DNA of 64,000 nucleotides from an uncultured Lachnospiraceae bacterium. GTDB taxonomy: Bacteria > Bacillota > Clostridia > Lachnospirales > Lachnospiraceae. Below, piece after piece: positions 9,670 through 18,416 of the stretch. The notes beneath the pieces are model-generated. The model saw nothing but the letters and a program-made list of their open reading frames with translations. It was not told where the DNA came from and did no database searches. The stretch covers positions 29,548 through 93,547 of the forward strand of contig CALWMV010000002.1 in assembly GCA_944382125.1 (NCBI GenBank), read 5' to 3'. Position numbers and translations under genes: made by a program. Position 1 is the stretch's first letter, and every line of letters begins with the position of its first letter.

Positions 9670-10363
9670 TCAGGCCGATTTGTCAATGTCTGATGTTCTT
9701 TGTTCCAATCTGTAGCCGTAGCCCCAGACCGCAGCCACGTATACATTGCTTCCGACCTTCCTGGGCTTCTTCCTGAGCCTCTTCACCAGATCCCCCGTCA
9801 CATTAACAAGGAGATAGCTGTCATCTGTTTTCCAGACCTCCAGAAGGAGCTCCTCCTTTGTCACGGCTCTGCCCTGTTCCATCATATAGATCAGAAAGTC
9901 AAATTCATTCGGCGTGAGTCCCAGAGGCTTATCCCCTGAAAAGGCTGTATGCTCACTCCTGCAGAGCCTGAGATCTCCGAAACTCAGTTCATCCACCCCT
10001 CTATCCTCTATCTCCAGTTCCCTTCTCCTTATTATCGCTTTGATGAGAGCTATCAGTTCCACTGCCTGTATATCTTTTTTAAGGCAGATATCCGCTCCCA
10101 GCGAAAGGGCTGTTATCCTTGTCAAGCAGCAGTCCAATCGAAGCCTTACTTTTCCCCCTTAGCATCCTCAGCCTGTCAGTCCATCCCCTCTTCTCAGTAT
10201 CCTCATCCATCAGTATAAGGCAGGGGTCAATATCCGGAGTTTTGGCTGATAACTCTTCAAGCTCATTAAACACAGTCATATCTATTCTTTCATTTTTCAG
10301 ATATGTCATAAGCACATTTGCTCTCAAAGCGTCTTCAGTCAGATAAAAAACCATTTTATCCAT
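9670..10363 (-). pseudogene. OmpR-family response regulator split by a frameshift (orphan, no kinase nearby)
   Basis: The receiver half (MDKMVFYLTED...LILMDED...) is in one frame. The rest (LTRITALSLGADICLKK... plus winged-helix LTPNEFDFLIYMMEQ...VWGYGYRL) is in another. The frames switch at or just after a G5A4 run (plus-strand T4C5, 10150-10158). Confidence 0.65.
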
Positions 10364-10450
10364 GGATATGCATGTTCCTCCCCGCAGAATTACAGCCGCT
10401 GCAAAATTTCCAACTTTAGGCATCGCAAAGCGGCAGTCCGAAGCGAAAAA

Positions 10451-10948
10451 AGTCTCATATACTATTTCAGCGGAGACGAGGAAACTGACGGGGCCATGAA
10501 GACAGGAAAGAGTATCAATATCTCTCTCGATGATGATACCTATACCTTCGGCTTCAAGACCTCAGGAAAAGCCTATGGTGAAGGTACTATCGAGGAAAGC
10601 TCCAACAAGTATTTCCAGAACGGCCTCCTTCTCAAAGCCTCAAATGACTATAGATATGGCGTTATCGAGGTTCCCTCTGAGGACGGAGAGGCAAAATATA
10701 TCGTTGTAGGTACTACCGGAACTGAAGTCACCGGCTCCAGAAAATATGTAAAGGATGCTGACGGCAACTACATCATCATCAGGAACAATGAGTTCTGGGC
10801 ATATGCGGACGGCACAGATCACGCTCCCGTATACTATGACGGAAACTACTATGAGTATGACAGTGATCAGGACGGCAACAGAGGTGACCTTATCGAGCAG
10901 GATACCTCCCTCGATACCCTTCCCGATGACATGAAGCTCAATTTCTGA
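10451..10948 (+). pseudogene. 3' remnant of a cell-wall-binding-repeat protein gene
   Basis: The open frame reads ...SLIYYFSGDEETDGAMKTGKSINISLDDDTYTFGFKTSGKAYGEG..., which resembles CW_binding-type repeats. There is no signal peptide, no catalytic domain and no convincing RBS or start. It is an isolated plus-strand piece. Confidence 0.45.
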
Positions 10949-11028
10949 TAATACCTTACATCATTCGGATCCGGACAGCGATCCCCAGAAATCTTTAGGC
11001 TCACACATTTAAAGCTTCCGTATCCGAA

Positions 11029-11098
11029 GAAAAAAGACCATTTTCCTGGTCAGGCTGAGGGCTATAACCCGGCGGTCTGGGGGAAATGGTCTTTTATA
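11029..11098. terminator. Bidirectional hairpin between convergent ORFs
   Basis: AAAAAGACCATTTTCC ... GGGAAATGGTCTTTT forms a long stem, with an A-run before it and a T-run after it on the plus strand. Confidence 0.55.
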
Positions 11099-11142
11099 AT
11101 ATCTTATGTGATCCTTTTTAATGAATATCTTTGTCCCTGCCT

Positions 11143-12012
11143 TTATCGCTTCCCGCATCCAAAGCAGCTTCCCGAAGGCGTAGCAGCGCAGCCTCCCAGA
11201 GCCGTTTCACGAAGCTCCGCAGGAAGCTTCCTTCCTACCTGATACATGGCCGAAAGCATCTCATCAAAGGGGATGAAGGGCTCTATGCCGCTCAGGACCA
11301 TCTCGGCTGCCGTAAGGGCCACCGAGGCTCCTGCAGCATTCCTCTGCTGGCAGGGGCATTCAACAAGGCCTCCCACCGGGTCGCAGACAAGTCCCAGCAT
11401 GTCCATAAGCACTATCGAGGCTGCTCCAAGGGAAGCCTCAGGCTGTCCTCCCATAAGCTCCACCGCTGCTGATGCAGCCATGGCGGAGGCAACTCCCACC
11501 TCTGCCTGACAGCCTCCCACTGCACCGGCCACGGTAGCATTGCGCATGGCAAGACAGCCTATGGCAGCCGCATTGAAAAGTCCTGCAGTGATATCCTCGT
11601 CGGAAAGCCCGTATTCATCCTGTATGGAAAGCAGCACTCCCGGGACCACCCCCGATGAGCCCGCAGTAGGCGCAGCTACTATAAGGCCCATGGAAGCATT
11701 GACCTCAAGCACTCCGCAGGCATAGGCCATGGCCCGGGATACCAGTCCTCCCACAAGGCTCTTTCCGGAACTCATATGATCCCTGAGCTTCTTTGCCTCT
11801 CCTCCGATGAGTCCTCCTATGGATCTCCTGGGGTCCTTTATAGGATCCTCCGCTGCTTCCCTCATTATGCTGAGGGCCTTATGCATCCTTTTATCAGCTT
11901 CACTGATATCCGTTTCAGAAAGCTCTGCTTCCCTCCATCGCATGATATCGGATATCCTTGCATCCTTATCCCTGCAGAGCTTAAGGAGCTCTGCTCCGTT
12001 TTTAAAATCCAT
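11143..12012 (-). CDS. sdaAA: L-serine dehydratase, iron-sulfur-dependent, alpha subunit
   Basis: 289 aa containing IVAAPTAGSSGVVPG and GGCQAEVGVASAMAA, typical of SdaAA. Confidence 0.9.
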   Translation of the reverse strand: MDFKNGAELLKLCRDKDARISDIMRWREAELSETDISEADKRMHKALSIMREAAEDPIKDPRRSIGGLIGGEAKKLRDHMSSGKSLVGGLVSRAMAYACGVLEVNASMGLIVAAPTAGSSGVVPGVLLSIQDEYGLSDEDITAGLFNAAAIGCLAMRNATVAGAVGGCQAEVGVASAMAASAAVELMGGQPEASLGAASIVLMDMLGLVCDPVGGLVECPCQQRNAAGASVALTAAEMVLSGIEPFIPFDEMLSAMYQVGRKLPAELRETALGGCAATPSGSCFGCGKR

Positions 12013-12103
12013 ATGATCCTGTCCCCTGCTTCATAGTGTAAGAAGGCTTTACAGATAATGCTTCTGCGCAGCTTTATCCTGTCCTCTGCTTTTTGCCATA
12101 CCG

Positions 12104-12772
12104 TCACGCCTGTACGAGCATGACATCTTTTACGTATTTATTTTCCTTTACCTTTTTGATAATGTCCTCAGGCAGCCTGTCATCCGATTCCACTATGCTG
12201 TAGGCTGTTTCGCCCCTGGCCTCTCTGAAAAGCTTCATAAAGGCTATGTTTATGCCTCTGTCGCTGAGACACCTGGTTATGTGGGCCACCACGCCAGGCT
12301 TATCCTTCTGGACCACGATGAGGGTGCTGTATTCTCCGGAAAAGTCTACATCCACACCGTTTATGCGGCTTATGCGTACCTTTCCTCCGCCGAGGGATTC
12401 TCCTCTTACCGAGAGGGCAAATCCCTGCTCTCCTGTCATGCTGATGTCCACAGTATTGGGGTATATGTCCTCTTCCCTCGTATCAAATATAAATCTGAAC
12501 TCAAGGCCAGCTTCCTCTGCAAGCTCATAGGATACGGGTATCCTGCGGTCATCGGTCTGAAAACCCATGATGCCTCCAAGAAGGGCCCTGTCAGTTCCAT
12601 GCCCCCTGCCGGTCTTTGCGAAGGATCCATAAAGGATGAAGCTGACCTTTGCTATCGGCTCAGGCATCATCTTTCTCGCAAGAAGGGCTATGGAGCAGGC
12701 TCCGGCTGTATGTGAGCTGGATGGACCTATCATATTCGGTCCTATAACATCAAATGCACTTATGAAGGGCAT
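12104..12772 (-). CDS. sdaAB: L-serine dehydratase, iron-sulfur-dependent, beta subunit (with ACT domain)
   Basis: 222 aa with the N-terminal FDVIGPNMIGPSSSHTAGA and a C-terminal ACT-like region (KPGVVAHITRCLSDRGINIAFMKL). Confidence 0.9.
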   Translation of the reverse strand: MPFISAFDVIGPNMIGPSSSHTAGACSIALLARKMMPEPIAKVSFILYGSFAKTGRGHGTDRALLGGIMGFQTDDRRIPVSYELAEEAGLEFRFIFDTREEDIYPNTVDISMTGEQGFALSVRGESLGGGKVRISRINGVDVDFSGEYSTLIVVQKDKPGVVAHITRCLSDRGINIAFMKLFREARGETAYSIVESDDRLPEDIIKKVKENKYVKDVMLVQA

Positions 12773-12938
12773 AAGCTTTCTCCTTTTTCTGCTGTTTCTC
12801 TTCCTACATCATACTATCTTCAGGTCCAAAATTCCATAGCCTGGAAAAATCATCGGAAGCTTTTGCCTGCAGCAGCGATCAGTTGCCAGATAAAGAAAAG
12901 CTTTTGATTCATACCATGCCTTAATCCTTTTTTTAAGG

Positions 12939-12970
12939 AAAAAGATCCGGACTCTCATCGAGTCCGGATC
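12939..12970 (-). terminator. Rho-independent terminator of ssrA
   Basis: GATCCGGACTC / GAGTCCGGATC perfect 11 bp stem with a 5 nt loop, followed by U5 on the minus strand. Confidence 0.85.
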
Positions 12971-12981
12971 TCAGTTTTTAG

Positions 12982-13325
12982 TGGACCTGAGGGGAGTCGA
13001 ACCCCTGTCCGAAAACCAATTCCTCGTACTTCTACTATCATAGTCTATTGGAATTATTTCGCTCCCTCACTGTGTAACAGACACCGCTGTAAGAGAGCTG
13101 AGCTTCATGGTACGTCCATATGCTCAAAGCTTTGCATATGTCGTTTCCTGTCAAGTCGATGCCTCGGTCTTAAAGGACAGGTACTTTAAGGGAGACAAAG
13201 CTGCGCTTAGGCAGCAAGTGCTAAATCGTAATCTTCAGCGTTTATATTTAGGTTTGGGATTTGACGCATCACCCTGCGGATAGCTTCTCCGACTGCATGA
13301 TCCCCGTCGAAACCGGTACAAGCCC
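12982..13325 (-). ncRNA. ssrA: tmRNA (SsrA)
   Basis: The 5' end GGGCTTGTACCGGTTTCGACGGGG pairs with the 3' CAGGTCC, allowing G-U pairs. A T-arm is present (GGACAGGGGTTCGACTCCCCT) with discriminator A, and CCA is not encoded. The internal tag frame at 13207-13239 is GCT GAA GAT TAC GAT TTA GCA CTT GCT GCC TAA, giving AEDYDLALAA. Confidence 0.9.
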
Positions 13326-13345
13326 GTGATCCATCTGACAGCTGA

Positions 13346-13374
13346 AGTATATCAGAAAGGCCTCTGGAAATCAA
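13346..13374 (-). promoter_or_regulatory. Candidate ssrA promoter
   Basis: The minus strand reads TTGATT, a 17 nt spacer, then TATACT preceded by TGA (extended -10). It ends about 20 nt upstream of the mature 5' end. Confidence 0.55.
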
Positions 13375-13396
13375 TTAAGCAGTCATAAAAAAACTA

Positions 13397-14011
13397 TTAC
13401 GATTTTATGCCCTTTACAAGCTCTGCAAGGAGCAGGGAAAGCCTCTTTATATCCCTTGCGCTGGTATTGATGCAGATGTCATAGTTCTCCTTATCGCCCC
13501 AGATATTGTCCGTATAGAACTGATAATATCTGGATCTCTTCTTATCAACGGAGTTGATCCTCTGACGAAGCTCCCTGTCTGTCATATCCTTGGCATCGGG
13601 GCCCTTCTCACGGCATCTTGCAAGCTTCGACTCTATGTCTGCGTAAACGAATATCCTTACGGGATCCATGTCACGGAGGACATAATCCGCACAGCGTCCT
13701 ACGATGACGCAGTCAGACTTTTCTGCCAGTTCCTTTATGATATCACTCTCATGGTTATAGATGGAGAGTTGCTGCTCTATGGCGCTGTTATTGCCGATCC
13801 CGAAGGTCCTGGCAGTGGTGATGGGCAGCAGAGGCACGGGGATACGTTCCTCTGCCTGACGTACATAGTCAAGGGCAAAGCCTGTCCTCTCCATAAGTTC
13901 CTTTACTATCTCCTGATCGTAATATGCGATGTGGAGGGCCTCTGCAAGACGCCTGCCGAGCTCTCTTCCTCCGCTTCCGAATTCACGGCTGATGGTTATG
14001 ATCATACTCAT
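13397..14011 (-). CDS. Cytidylate-kinase-like family protein (P-loop)
   Basis: 204 aa with IITISREFGSGGRELGRRLAEALHIAYYDQEI, typical of the Cytidylate_kin2 family. Confidence 0.75.
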   Translation of the reverse strand: MSMIITISREFGSGGRELGRRLAEALHIAYYDQEIVKELMERTGFALDYVRQAEERIPVPLLPITTARTFGIGNNSAIEQQLSIYNHESDIIKELAEKSDCVIVGRCADYVLRDMDPVRIFVYADIESKLARCREKGPDAKDMTDRELRQRINSVDKKRSRYYQFYTDNIWGDKENYDICINTSARDIKRLSLLLAELVKGIKS

Positions 14012-14245
14012 GCTTTCAGCTCCTTCCCGGACTCTGACACATAATCTTTATACGCTTTTTTTATGCCACGACAGGGTATAAAGACATATCAGATACCTTA
14101 TAATCATAAGATAACCCATTGAAAGTTAAGCTGCAAGTCTTATTTTTCTAATTTGACATGCAAAATATATAATTTGAAATGTGATCTCAGCGGCATTATA
14201 ATTCAAGTATCAGCCGGAGCTCCGAGCTTCCGGCAGGGGCATCTC

Positions 14246-14641
14246 TTTCCATATGTCCAAGTCATGATGGGCCTGGATCTTACCAATCAGACCGCCTGCA
14301 CTCAGGATGTGATACACCGTATGGAATCCGTGGGCAATGAAGCCGGAAAGCTCTTTGCTGACATCATGAACTTCACCTTCAAGACCCAGTCCGAGGCCTA
14401 TGGTCTGGCGGGAGGTCCGGTGCATGATGCCACCTGCATAGGCTATCTCATAGATCCCGGCTGCATCACCACCAAGGACATGTATGTGGTGGTGGATGTC
14501 AATGAGGGTCCCTGCTATGGACGTACCGTCTGTGATGAGCTGGGTGTCACAAAGAAGGCCCCCAATGTCAGGGTCGGCACAGGCATAGATACAGACAGGT
14601 TCTGGGATCTTGTTGAGGAATGTATAAGGATGTATGACTGA
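14246..14641 (+). pseudogene. C-terminal remnant of an inosine-uridine-preferring nucleoside hydrolase (IUNH family)
   Basis: Family-like sequence starts at [10 protein letters not shown]... and continues through ...[16 protein letters not shown]. The N-terminal two thirds, including the Asp-rich metal-binding motif, are absent. The upstream part of the ORF looks non-homologous. Confidence 0.6.
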
Positions 14642-14646
14642 CAGCA

Positions 14647-14692
14647 TAAAAGCAGTCCCTCCGGATGATCACCCGGAGGGGCTGCTTTATTT
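14647..14692. terminator. Bidirectional terminator between convergent genes
   Basis: AGCAGTCCCTCCGG / CCGGAGGGGCTGCT 14 bp stem, T-rich on both flanks in the respective orientations. Confidence 0.75.
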
Positions 14693-14713
14693 ATATATAA
14701 CTTCTTCGTTCGC

Positions 14714-15463
14714 TTACATATGATCGCAGATGTTGAGCCAGCTCTCGAGAAGGGCCTGCTCCTCAGGTCTCTTCTTTGTAAGCTGTGCCGCAGCTACCAT
14801 GGGAAGCCAGTCCTGCACATACTTCTTCTGGGTATTCGTCTTCTCACAGAACTTGTCCAGATACCAGTCTGCTGCCTCCTTGTCGGAAAGGGCAAGTATC
14901 AGATAGGTACGGGCTATGTCTGCAGAAGCATTTCCCTTTGTGGCATGTACCCAGTCAATGATATGGTAATTGCCGTCCTTGTCCACGATTATGTTAGAGG
15001 GGCGGAAATCTCCATGGCAGAGCTTGGTGTGAAGAGGCACTCCCTGGAGCCTCATCAGAAGCTCATATCTTGTAGCCTCATCAATGCCATTGAGATCATT
15101 GATCTGCTGCTGCATCTTGAGCTTCAGCTGACGAAGCCTGTGAGCCCTGTAATTATGGATCTTGAGCTGAAGGTCCAGCATGATCTCTAGATACTCATAC
15201 TTCTTATCAGGCTCCTTCCTCATAAGGTCTGCGAGGGTCTCTCCCTCCACATACTCCCTTACAATGGTCCACTTTCCGTCCTTCTGCACTACTCCGAGCA
15301 CCTTGGGAACGCTGGCGCCTACTATATCCTCTACCCTTGAGTTTATAAATGCGTCGTTGAATACCTCATCCTTGTGGAAGCCTTCCACAAATTCGATGTA
15401 TACCTTGTCCCCGTCTCTGTAGATGCTCTTTGCGGCTGACTTTGATAAAAGTTCCATAGCCAT
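14714..15463 (-). CDS. Phosphotransferase-family protein (APH/choline-kinase fold)
   Basis: 249 aa with the catalytic loop HGDFRPSNIIV and the downstream IIDWVHA. The substrate cannot be told from sequence. Confidence 0.7.
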   Translation of the reverse strand: MAMELLSKSAAKSIYRDGDKVYIEFVEGFHKDEVFNDAFINSRVEDIVGASVPKVLGVVQKDGKWTIVREYVEGETLADLMRKEPDKKYEYLEIMLDLQLKIHNYRAHRLRQLKLKMQQQINDLNGIDEATRYELLMRLQGVPLHTKLCHGDFRPSNIIVDKDGNYHIIDWVHATKGNASADIARTYLILALSDKEAADWYLDKFCEKTNTQKKYVQDWLPMVAAAQLTKKRPEEQALLESWLNICDHM

Positions 15464-15484
15464 ATTTAACCTCCGATCAATACA

Positions 15485-18109
15485 TTATGAAAGTGCGGGT
15501 TCCTCATATTTCTTTCCGTAATATGCCATCAGATACAGTGCCTTGATCTCGCTCATGAGCGGGTATCTGGGGTTGGCTCCGGTACACTGGTCATCGAAGG
15601 CATTTTCAGTCATCTCATCCAGGGTCTCAAGGAAGGCCTTCTCATCTATGCCATACTCAGCGATGCTGTCCTTTATGCCTATGGCATGCTTGAGGTCGGT
15701 AAGCTTCTGAAGGAACTTATCGAATACCTCCTTATCATCCTTGCCGGTAACTCCGCAGGCCCTTGCAGCCTGAGCATATCTTTCCAGTGTATGAGGATGA
15801 TCATACTGAGGGAAGGTTCCCATCTTCACCGGCTTATCGTAAGCATTGAACTGCATCACATAATTGATGAGAAGTGCGTTTGCAACACCATGGGGCAGGT
15901 GATGATATGCGCCGAGCTTATGAGCCATTGAATGGCAGATGCCGAGGAAGGCATTGGCAAAGGCCATACCTGCCATGGTGGAAGCATTGGCCATATGGTC
16001 ACGGGCCTCCACATTGTCTCCATGCTCATAGGCTGTGGGCAGATACTTAAATATCTCCTGCATTGCCTCTATGGCCAGGGCATCCGTATAAGGAGTAGCC
16101 ATCATGGAAGCATAGGCCTCAAGGGCATGGGTCATTGCATCTATACCGGAAGCACTGGTAAGTCCCTTGGGCTGGGTCATCATATTGTCTGTATCTATGA
16201 TAGCCATATTGGGCATAAGCTCATAGTCAGTGATGGGATACTTTACTCCTGTCTTCTCGTCCGTGATAACGGCGAAGGGAGTAACCTCTGATCCTGTTCC
16301 TGAAGAGGTAGGGATGGCGATGAAGTATACCTTCTCTCCCATCTTGGGGAAGGTGTAGACCTTCTTACGTATATCTATATAACGCATTGCCATATCCGAG
16401 AACTCTGCATCGGGATGCTCGTAGAGGAGCCACATTATCTTTCCTGCGTCCATTGCGGAGCCGCCGCCGTAGGCTATCATGCAGTCGGGCTTGAAGCTCT
16501 CCATGGCCTTCACGCCGGCCTTGGCGTTGGCCAGGGTGGGATCAGGCTGAACATCGGAGAATACTGTGTACTGCATGCCCATCTCTGAAAGCTTGTCCTC
16601 TATGGGCTTTGTAAATCCGTTCTCGAACAGGAAACGGTCAGTAACTATGAAGCACTTCTTCTTTCCATAGTAGCTCTTAAGCTCGTCAAGAGCCACAGGC
16701 ATACAGCCCTTCTTGAAATAAACCTTCTGGGGCGTCTTGAACCAAAGCATATTTTCTCTCCTCTCAGCTACCTTCTTATAATTTAAGAGATGCTTGATGC
16801 CAACATTATCCGATACGGAGTTTCCGCCCCAGGATCCGCAGCCCAGTGTCAGGGAAGGGGTAAGCTTAAAGTTATAGAGATCTCCGATACCGCCGTGGGA
16901 GGAAGGAGTATTTATAAGTATACGGCAGGCCTTCATAGCCTCGTAATGCTTTGCGATCTTCTCGTGCTCGTTGGTATTTATATAAAGGGATGCAGTATGT
17001 CCGTATCCACCGTCTGCCACCAGTCTCTCAGCCTTCTTGATCGCCTCATCAAAGGTCTTTGCCTTATACATGGCAAGTACCGGAGAAAGCTTCTCATGAG
17101 CGAACTCCTCTGAAGGATCTACTGATTCAACTTCACCTATGAGCACCTTGGTATCCTTGGGCACATCAACGCCTGCAAGGGCAGCTATGGTATGAGCCTT
17201 CTGGCCTACGATCTTGGCATTGAGTGATCCGTTTATGATGATGGTCTTCCTTACCTTATCAAGCTCCTTGCCCTCAAGGAAGTAGCAGCCCCTCTTCTTG
17301 AACTCCTTCTTTACCTTGTCATATATGGGAGCCAGTACGGTAACTGACTGCTCTGAAGCACAGATCATACCATTATCAAAGGTCTTGGAATGGATTATGC
17401 TGCTGACAGCCAGCTCAATATCTGCTGTTTCGTCGATTATGACCGGAGTATTTCCGGCCCCAACTCCAAGTGCGGGCTTACCCGAAGAATATGCAGCATG
17501 TACCATGCCGGGTCCTCCGGTTGCCAGTATGCAGTCTGCCTCCTTCATGATCTCTCCGGAAAGCTCCATGGTGGGAACATCGATCCATGCGATGATATCC
17601 TCAGGGGCTCCGGCCTTTACTGCCGCATCCAGGACTATCCTTGCAGCCTCGATTGTACATTTCTTTGCCCTGGGATGGGGAGAAATAATGATGGCGTTTC
17701 TTGTCTTAAGAGCGATAAGTGCCTTGAATATCGCGGTTGATGTGGGGTTGGTGGTGGGGATAACGGCAGCCAGGACTCCAAGGGGCTCTGCAACCACCTT
17801 ATAACCAAAGGCCTTGTCATCCTCTACTACTCCGCAGGTCTTTGCATTTTTATATGCATTGTAGATGTACTCTGCAGCATAATTGTTCTTGATGACCTTA
17901 TCCTCAACAACGCCCATGCCTGTCTCCTCAACTGCCATCTTGGCAAGCGGGATCCTCTGGGCATTGGCAGCAAGTGCAGCTGCCCTGAAGATGGCATCGA
18001 CCTGCTCCTGGGTGTAGGTCGCATACTTAGCCTGCGCCTCACGCACCTTTGCAAGCTTTGCCTGCAGCGACTCAAGACTGTCGACTAAAGCTACTTTTTT
18101 GTCAGCCAT
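15485..18109 (-). CDS. adhE: Bifunctional acetaldehyde-CoA/alcohol dehydrogenase
   Basis: 874 aa with an N-terminal aldehyde dehydrogenase domain and a C-terminal iron-containing alcohol dehydrogenase (GGGSAMDAGK and the His-rich metal site HSMAHKLGAYHHLPHG). Confidence 0.95.
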   Translation of the reverse strand: MADKKVALVDSLESLQAKLAKVREAQAKYATYTQEQVDAIFRAAALAANAQRIPLAKMAVEETGMGVVEDKVIKNNYAAEYIYNAYKNAKTCGVVEDDKAFGYKVVAEPLGVLAAVIPTTNPTSTAIFKALIALKTRNAIIISPHPRAKKCTIEAARIVLDAAVKAGAPEDIIAWIDVPTMELSGEIMKEADCILATGGPGMVHAAYSSGKPALGVGAGNTPVIIDETADIELAVSSIIHSKTFDNGMICASEQSVTVLAPIYDKVKKEFKKRGCYFLEGKELDKVRKTIIINGSLNAKIVGQKAHTIAALAGVDVPKDTKVLIGEVESVDPSEEFAHEKLSPVLAMYKAKTFDEAIKKAERLVADGGYGHTASLYINTNEHEKIAKHYEAMKACRILINTPSSHGGIGDLYNFKLTPSLTLGCGSWGGNSVSDNVGIKHLLNYKKVAERRENMLWFKTPQKVYFKKGCMPVALDELKSYYGKKKCFIVTDRFLFENGFTKPIEDKLSEMGMQYTVFSDVQPDPTLANAKAGVKAMESFKPDCMIAYGGGSAMDAGKIMWLLYEHPDAEFSDMAMRYIDIRKKVYTFPKMGEKVYFIAIPTSSGTGSEVTPFAVITDEKTGVKYPITDYELMPNMAIIDTDNMMTQPKGLTSASGIDAMTHALEAYASMMATPYTDALAIEAMQEIFKYLPTAYEHGDNVEARDHMANASTMAGMAFANAFLGICHSMAHKLGAYHHLPHGVANALLINYVMQFNAYDKPVKMGTFPQYDHPHTLERYAQAARACGVTGKDDKEVFDKFLQKLTDLKHAIGIKDSIAEYGIDEKAFLETLDEMTENAFDDQCTGANPRYPLMSEIKALYLMAYYGKKYEEPALS

Positions 18110-18219
18110 GTTTTACCTCCAATTTGAACGAACGAAGATTGATATTTTTTTAACGAACGCGTTTATAGTACCATATCGTTATTTATTTGTCAATCTAATC
18201 TGGGGGCACATTTTTATAT

Positions 18220-18237
18220 TTGTGAACATTATATCAA
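18220..18237 (-). promoter_or_regulatory. Candidate adhE promoter (-10) overlapped by a Rex-like box
   Basis: The minus strand reads TTGATATAATGTTCACAA. It contains an extended -10 (TGATATAAT). The right half-site TTCACAA is perfect and the left half TTGATAT is partial against the Rex consensus TTGTGAA-N4-TTCACAA. Confidence 0.35.
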
Positions 18238-18330
18238 AGCTTTTGATATTAGTCTCTCTTTTTATCATTTATAACAAAAAAACGCAGAGCTGCAGTTCAA
18301 GCAGGGAAGGAGCCTGCTCCGGATAAACAA

Positions 18331-18359
18331 TAAAGGCCTCCGGCCATGGCCGGAGACCT
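18331..18359 (-). terminator. Terminator downstream of ftsZ
   Basis: GC-rich palindrome GGCCTCCGGCCATGGCCGGAGACC, followed on the minus strand by TTTATTGTTTAT. Confidence 0.65.
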
Positions 18360-18416
18360 CTTATGATCTCTTTTTTCCTGCCGCGGCCTTCTTTGACCGG
18401 TCCGGAAAATGCTTTA

